Part shown: positions 58,960 through 64,000 of the stretch, in pieces | How the letters are laid out: each line of letters begins with the position of its first letter | How positions within the stretch are numbered: the stretch's first letter is position 1 | Assembly: GCA_001643675.2 (NCBI GenBank) | Contig: LSRY02000012.1 | Location: 682,001 to 746,000, forward strand | Source of the DNA: Monocercomonoides exilis PA203 | Lineage: Eukaryota > Protista > Preaxostyla | Length of the DNA stretch: 64,000 nt | Reading direction: 5' to 3' | The notes under the pieces: model-generated | Databases searched by the model: none | What the model was told of the DNA's origin: nothing | Seen by the model: only the letters and a program-made list of their open reading frames with translations | Translations under genes and position numbers: made by a program

Positions 58960-61900
58960 ATTGTCCGCAGTGGAAATGATACAAGATCCTGTTAGAATGG
59001 CAAACAGCAACAGCGAGGAGAGAGGATTTGATCTTGCATATAGACTTTCAAGAGGAGAAAATATGATTGAAGAAATTACGAGAAGCCAAACATGGCCAAC
59101 CCGTTCGGGAGCTACGGTAATGTTGCCAATGAAAAAGGTTTAGAGAGAACGACAAAGGAAGAGATCTCAGTCGAGATCGAGCGAATCGGAGTCGGAATCT
59201 GATCTTACAGAAATGATCACGAAGAAGTAACACAGACAGTTGGAGAGGGGCAGACGCAGACGTAACCAGATGAAAAAACAAAATGATGAAGAAGTAAGCG
59301 AAAGTGATTTTGAAAAAACAGAAGAGCGGAAAGAAGAAGAAAGATCACAAGACTTTTGAGGAAATTTCCCAGACGAATGGCTGACGCCCAGGAGACAGGC
59401 GGGTGAGCTGAGAAGATTCATGGACTTCAGAAAGGCTGTATCAATTAGGATAAATGATGATATTTTAAATGCGTTCATCCCGGAGACAGAAAAGAACTTT
59501 TTCACCAGACATTCGAATGCGAGCTGGAATACCTTTGCTGTGACAGTGGTTACATCTGAAGGAAGGAAGGACTCACCAGAAGCTGTTCGGGTTATTGAAT
59601 TGCTCCAACCCGCGCTCGAATCGGGGTTTGAAACTGCCTAGGCGATTGCAGCCATCACAGCAAAGAAGAAAAGCAAAGCACATATTGAAGAAGAAAAGAA
59701 AAAGCGACTGAGAGTGCTGTTTTGCTCGTACGCCCTGATTGCAGACTGTATCAGCCACATTAATCAGTTGAAGGTTATCCCCCAGTTAAACTGGGAGAAC
59801 GTAAAAGGTTTCCTTGAAGGGGGAACGTTTAGGGACGTCCCATAAAGCCTCAAAAGGTTGGTGGAGAGCACTAGCTTTTTTCGATCAGAGGGGGATGACC
59901 CAGGGTACGGAGTATCCCCCATTTCTCCAACAGCAATCTGCCTCACCATGGCCAGAAGTGTACTTCCGAGAAGATACAGTTTGGGCAGAAATGCCCAGTA
60001 CTTTGCCAACAGACAGCTCCAGAAACGTGGCATCGATTGGAGCTTCACGAATTTCAGAGAAAGGAGGAAGTCAACCCAAGCTCCACTACTAAATACCCCA
60101 GCGTCAGTTGGGAGACTTGCCCCCGATTACAGTTCCCCTTCCCCCTGCTCCCCAGAGGATACAGGGAGGATCAGCAACCGGAACAGCTACGGGATCGAGC
60201 CAATGCGCTTCGAAGAAGCAGAGAGAGAAGAGAGAGCCGCGCTTTTCCGCGAGACGGAGACGGACAGAATGCTTTCGAATTTAGAGGAAGTGACAATACC
60301 ACGTGGTGTCCCATTCAAACGACAGATGGTCACGAATGGAACCCGTGAGAGTTTGCGAGTTTATCGAAGAGGCACTGAGCCCATTCAATCGGGAGAAGAG
60401 GATAAATCAATGTATCTCGAGAGTCCATGAGATGGGAACAGGGAGAGAGAACACAGAAGGAGACTCCGTATATCTCCGCAGGATAGAACAGATGAACGAT
60501 CGGAAATCCGGGAAGGAGGAAGAGATGAGAGTCTTGAGAGCTTTTGGTACTGCTATCGAGTCCCCAATTGGGAGCACCCTGGAGGAGAGCTTGAAGATAG
60601 TTACTGCAGATATTCTCAAAGGAGAAGATAATTCACAGATACAGTCTGGCCACAAGACGCCAGAAGTGAAGAGGAGTACAGTGATTGGGTCACTGAGGGA
60701 ATCGCTGCCTTGAAGACTAGTGAACAGACTGAACAAGTGGAAGAAGATTGTGGGAGACAAACTAGTGAGCCGTGGTAAAAGAGCTCGATGGATGAAGCCT
60801 AATTCCCAATCGCGCAGGAGAGAAAACTTAAGAAGGAATTCCGGGGGACGACAGAAATGATGAACAGTCATATACGCCTCTTGGAGGAGGAATTGAAGGA
60901 CGGAGTGGTGAAGCCCGTATCAGACTCGGAGGAGAAGTGGTTCAACCCGACATTCAGGATTCGAAAGAAGAACGGAAAGTGGAGAAAGATCTTGGATTGC
61001 AGGGCGCTAAACGAGGAAGTGCAGGGAAAGCACTTCAAGATGGATACCCAGGAGACAGTGGTGGAACTCCTGGAGGAGAAAGATTGGATGACCACTCTGT
61101 ACATATCGTGAGCATATCAGCATGTCAAGGAAGACGAGCAATTCAGTCCCTATCTGTGCTTCAGCTTTCAAAGTCAATGCTACGCTTTCGTGGGGATGCC
61201 ATTTGGTGCAAAGGATGCGCCCAGAATATTTACAAAGATAATGAGATGGGCTGCGTCATATATCAGAGAACAGCGGAAGGTGAAGCTTATAATATATCTG
61301 GACGTCATTCTCCTCATGCATCCAGACAGAGATGCATTGAGATCGATCTTACAGGAGATAGCCCAGTTCCTGAGAAATCTGGGCTGGATTCTGTCAGAAG
61401 AGAAACTGAATTTGGAACCCGCAAGGAGCGTGGAGTTTCTTGAATGGCTTTGGAACTCGGAGAAGATTGAGGCGACACTCCAAGAGAGGAAGGGAGTGCT
61501 GCTCTTGGAGGATGTGCGAACCTGGATGGCACATTCAAAGAAGAGGAGGAGACAAAGGAAGAGGGATTTAGCAGCACTCCTCTGGAGATTGAATTATGTG
61601 AGGTTACAACACCCGCCAGCGAGCTTGTGGATGAGGCGAATGCAATACATGCTGAGGCAGGAGATAGCCCGTGGTGGGCTGGAATGGAACGGTGATAGTC
61701 AACCCAACAAAGTTGGGAGAATTAACATATTGAAAGTAAATCCTGCTGAGAATGGACCAAGGTGTCTGAAGAGAAGGATGAGACCATCAGAGTTAATAAC
61801 GGACGCGTCAGAGCTGGGATGGGGTGCAGCGTTAACAATACCGAAAGAGAACAGGGAGGAGAAGATATATGTCCATGGAAGTCGGACACACCAGGAGAGT

Positions 61901-62331
61901 GCGTTAGCGATAAACAAGAAAAAGTCCAGAGCAGTGTTGATGACACCAGAGAGAAAGGGAGCATGGCTGCAACAGCAGAAGATAGATCATATTCGTCTGA
62001 GGACAGACAACATGTCCACGAGATGGACAATACAGAAGAAGAGGGGAGCGCCATCGCTCATTCCAACACTGAGAGCATTGGAGAAGAAATTGAACAGCCT
62101 GGACATCACAATACAAACGGAACCCATCCCGGGAGAGCAGAACAAGGAAGCAGAAGCACTCAGCCGGATGACGAGAAAGCCGGACTATGCACTGAGGGGG
62201 AAGAAAGTTGCAGAGATATTGCAAATAGTCGCACCGAGAATACTAGATTCAATCTTAGAACAGATTGCGCCGGTGCACTGCGGAAGAGTTTGGAGGCTAT
62301 CCTCTCTGAGAATGGAGAGAGAGAAAGAAAT
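58960..62331 (+). mobile_element. Decayed DIRS-type (tyrosine-recombinase class) retrotransposon, 3'-truncated
   Basis: GC-richer block with a broken gag-like region followed by RT-RNase H. The left boundary is approximate. No recombinase or terminal repeats are visible. Confidence 0.7.
60710..62331 (+). pseudogene. Reverse transcriptase-RNase H pseudogene (DIRS-like)
   Basis: WRKILDCRALN..HFKMD; WMTTLYIS*AYQHV (first catalytic Asp read as Tyr, TGA at 61109-61111); MPFGAKDAPRIFTK; YLDV instead of YLDD; RNase H ITDASELGWGA, LRTDN, IPGEQNKEAEALSR. Confidence 0.88.
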
Positions 62332-62598
62332 GGGGGAAAATATGGACTTTCAAGCTTTTTTTGTACAAGGCATTGAAAAAGTGCTTCACTCATAACTTTA
62401 TTTCACTTACTCAAATTAAATAATAAATTTGATGTTCATATCTGCACACAGGTGTCGTTGAAATCAAAACAGAAAGTTTCCAACTTTTTTCAATTGTCAA
62501 AAAATGGAGTCATTATTATTGTGTTTTTTGATCTCAAAAAGTCAATGGAAAGTGAATAATATTTCAATAAAAAAGCTTGAAGTTGCATATTTCCCCCC
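62332..62598 (-). mobile_element. MITE family B copy 4 (267 bp, best-preserved ~30-bp TIRs)
   Basis: GGGGGAAAATATGGACTTTCAAGCTTTTT ... AAAAAGCTTGAAGTTGCATATTTCCCCCC; flanks AAAT (left) and ATAT (right). Confidence 0.8.
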
Positions 62599-63455
62599 AT
62601 ATAATAGAGTATTAAATAATGAAACAAATGAAAAAAGATAAATATTTCATTTTCAGAAAATGGTAGAAATCACACAAGAGTGAGAATAAGTCCATCTTCA
62701 AAAGTGATTTTTGCATCAGCTGCTCCAAAGGCGAGAGCGTTTGTGGGAATGAAGGAAGCGTCTTGAAGGAAAGATAATCAGCTGATGATCAATTGAATTG
62801 TAGCCTATGATACCTACTGTGGTCTGTCACATACATCTGCATCTTCATCAAAATCAGATTCGAATTTAAAATTAGAATCGAAATCAGAAAATAAATTTGA
62901 ATCTACATTTGATCTGTTGTTTGATGCAATTTTCTTTGATGAGATAAGAGGGAGCAAGTTGTTGTATGTATCGCTTGTTGAATATTTATATTTTTGTAAC
63001 ATTTTGCTTTCTCACTTGCTTGAAACATTTTATTTTAATCTTTAAAAAAAATACAAGTCTGGATCATTTTTTCTTATTAAAAAACTGTTAACAGAAATAT
63101 TGAATTTTTTAAATAATGAACATATAACAATGAAACTCAATAGAGTATATTGAAGCAATACATAAAGGATTTGCTTCTCATTTGAACAATTTTTTTGGGA
63201 TTTGATTTGCACAAATGGGTAATTCGGAAATTTGAATAACTCTAAGGAACACTGGATATCCTTCCATTTCATAATTTCATTTCATGACGAAATGAAAGTT
63301 AACAAAAAATACGTAGGCAATTTTTTGAAGTTGTAAGCTTCTTAAAGCCTTTAATTTTTGTTGATTTGTATTAATCGAATTTTTTTCAAACAGATAATTT
63401 GTGAAATATTGAAACAGATGCGCCATTCACTATCCACCTCGCACAAAAACAGAGT

Positions 63456-64000
63456 TCATTTTCTCTTTGAGAAAGATGAAGCGTGAACAATGGAATCTCC
63501 AATTATCTGCAAAGGCTGAATGTCGCGAAGCTGAACATGAGAATGACGCTTTGACGGAGAATGATTAACAACTTTTTGTATTAGAGAAAGAGTATTCGTT
63601 TCAGATCGCTTGTCAATGATGCTTTGTTTTTCGCGAACATCTGAAGGCATGTGAACTTTGAAAGAATGAGCATCGCTATTTTTCCCCGTGAAAGAAAAAT
63701 TTTGTTGAGGCAAAGAATGAAATGTGGTATTGTGCAATGATGAGATCGATTCAGGAGTCGGAGTATAAGTTTTTGATTGAGAAGAAGCTGACTTTATTGA
63801 AGCTGAAATTAAAGAATGGTGAGTATTTGATAAGTTAATTGGTGTTGATGTGATATCAGAAGAGTTCTTTGAAACAAGAGGAGTTGGAGAAGAACTAATA
63901 CTTGTTTGCTGCTTTGTTCTGTAAAATCTTTGAGGGCTACAACTGCCAACGAAGGGCATTTTTTGAGAAATTGCAGAAGATTTTGGTTTAGTAGGAGAAG
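63456..64000 (-). CDS. Partial Ser/Thr-rich hypothetical protein entering from beyond the window; possibly part of a decayed multi-exon gene extending to ~62650
   Basis: Frame is open from the window edge (SPTKPKSSAISQKMPFVG...) to TGA at 63456. Downstream exon-like fragments contain stops. No recognisable domain. Confidence 0.35.
   Translation of the reverse strand, partial: SPTKPKSSAISQKMPFVGSCSPQRFYRTKQQTSISSSPTPLVSKNSSDITSTPINLSNTHHSLISASIKSASSQSKTYTPTPESISSLHNTTFHSLPQQNFSFTGKNSDAHSFKVHMPSDVREKQSIIDKRSETNTLSLIQKVVNHSPSKRHSHVQLRDIQPLQIIGDSIVHASSFSKRK

Noticed and set aside
60710-62331. Reverse transcriptase near variable receptors as a diversity-generating retroelement
   Set aside because: The RT is DIRS-like with RNase H and is inactivated (stop codon, YLDV). 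No template/variable repeat pair with adenine-specific mismatches is visible.
1-64000. Non-standard genetic code (TAA/TAG = Gln, as in some oxymonads)
   Set aside because: Multi-kilobase genes are open in the standard code and several end at TAA followed by AT-rich non-coding DNA.

Overview
Eukaryotic protist DNA in the standard genetic code, with AT-rich intergenic regions, short GT-AG introns and poly-Ser/Glu low-complexity inserts. The gene families suggest an oxymonad such as Monocercomonoides (inference). Left part (1-18.8 kb): (1) a >2400-codon minus-strand ORF absent from the ORF track because it runs off the window, homologous to the bacterial receiver-domain + PPDK_N (PEP-synthase-like ATP-grasp) family; (2) a divergently transcribed calpain-7/PalB protease; (3) a 5-exon TMEM62-like metallophosphoesterase; (4) a 4-exon ADA2. 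Middle (22-57 kb): three giant single-pass receptors, each with a signal peptide, 4-7 Cys-capped beta-helix/PMP-like modules, one TM helix and a tyrosine-kinase-like pseudokinase. The two convergent receptors lie in a ~6.3 kb palindrome (3.1 kb arms, 73 bp spacer). They therefore share a virtually identical 564-aa membrane/cytoplasmic tail under very divergent ectodomains, with the junction in a conserved FFIP motif. Intergenic DNA holds three MITE families: two with 4-bp AWWT target duplications (one copy nested in the other family) and one Tc1/mariner-like hairpin. Right end: a decayed DIRS-type retrotransposon cut off by a MITE, and a partial Ser-rich ORF.
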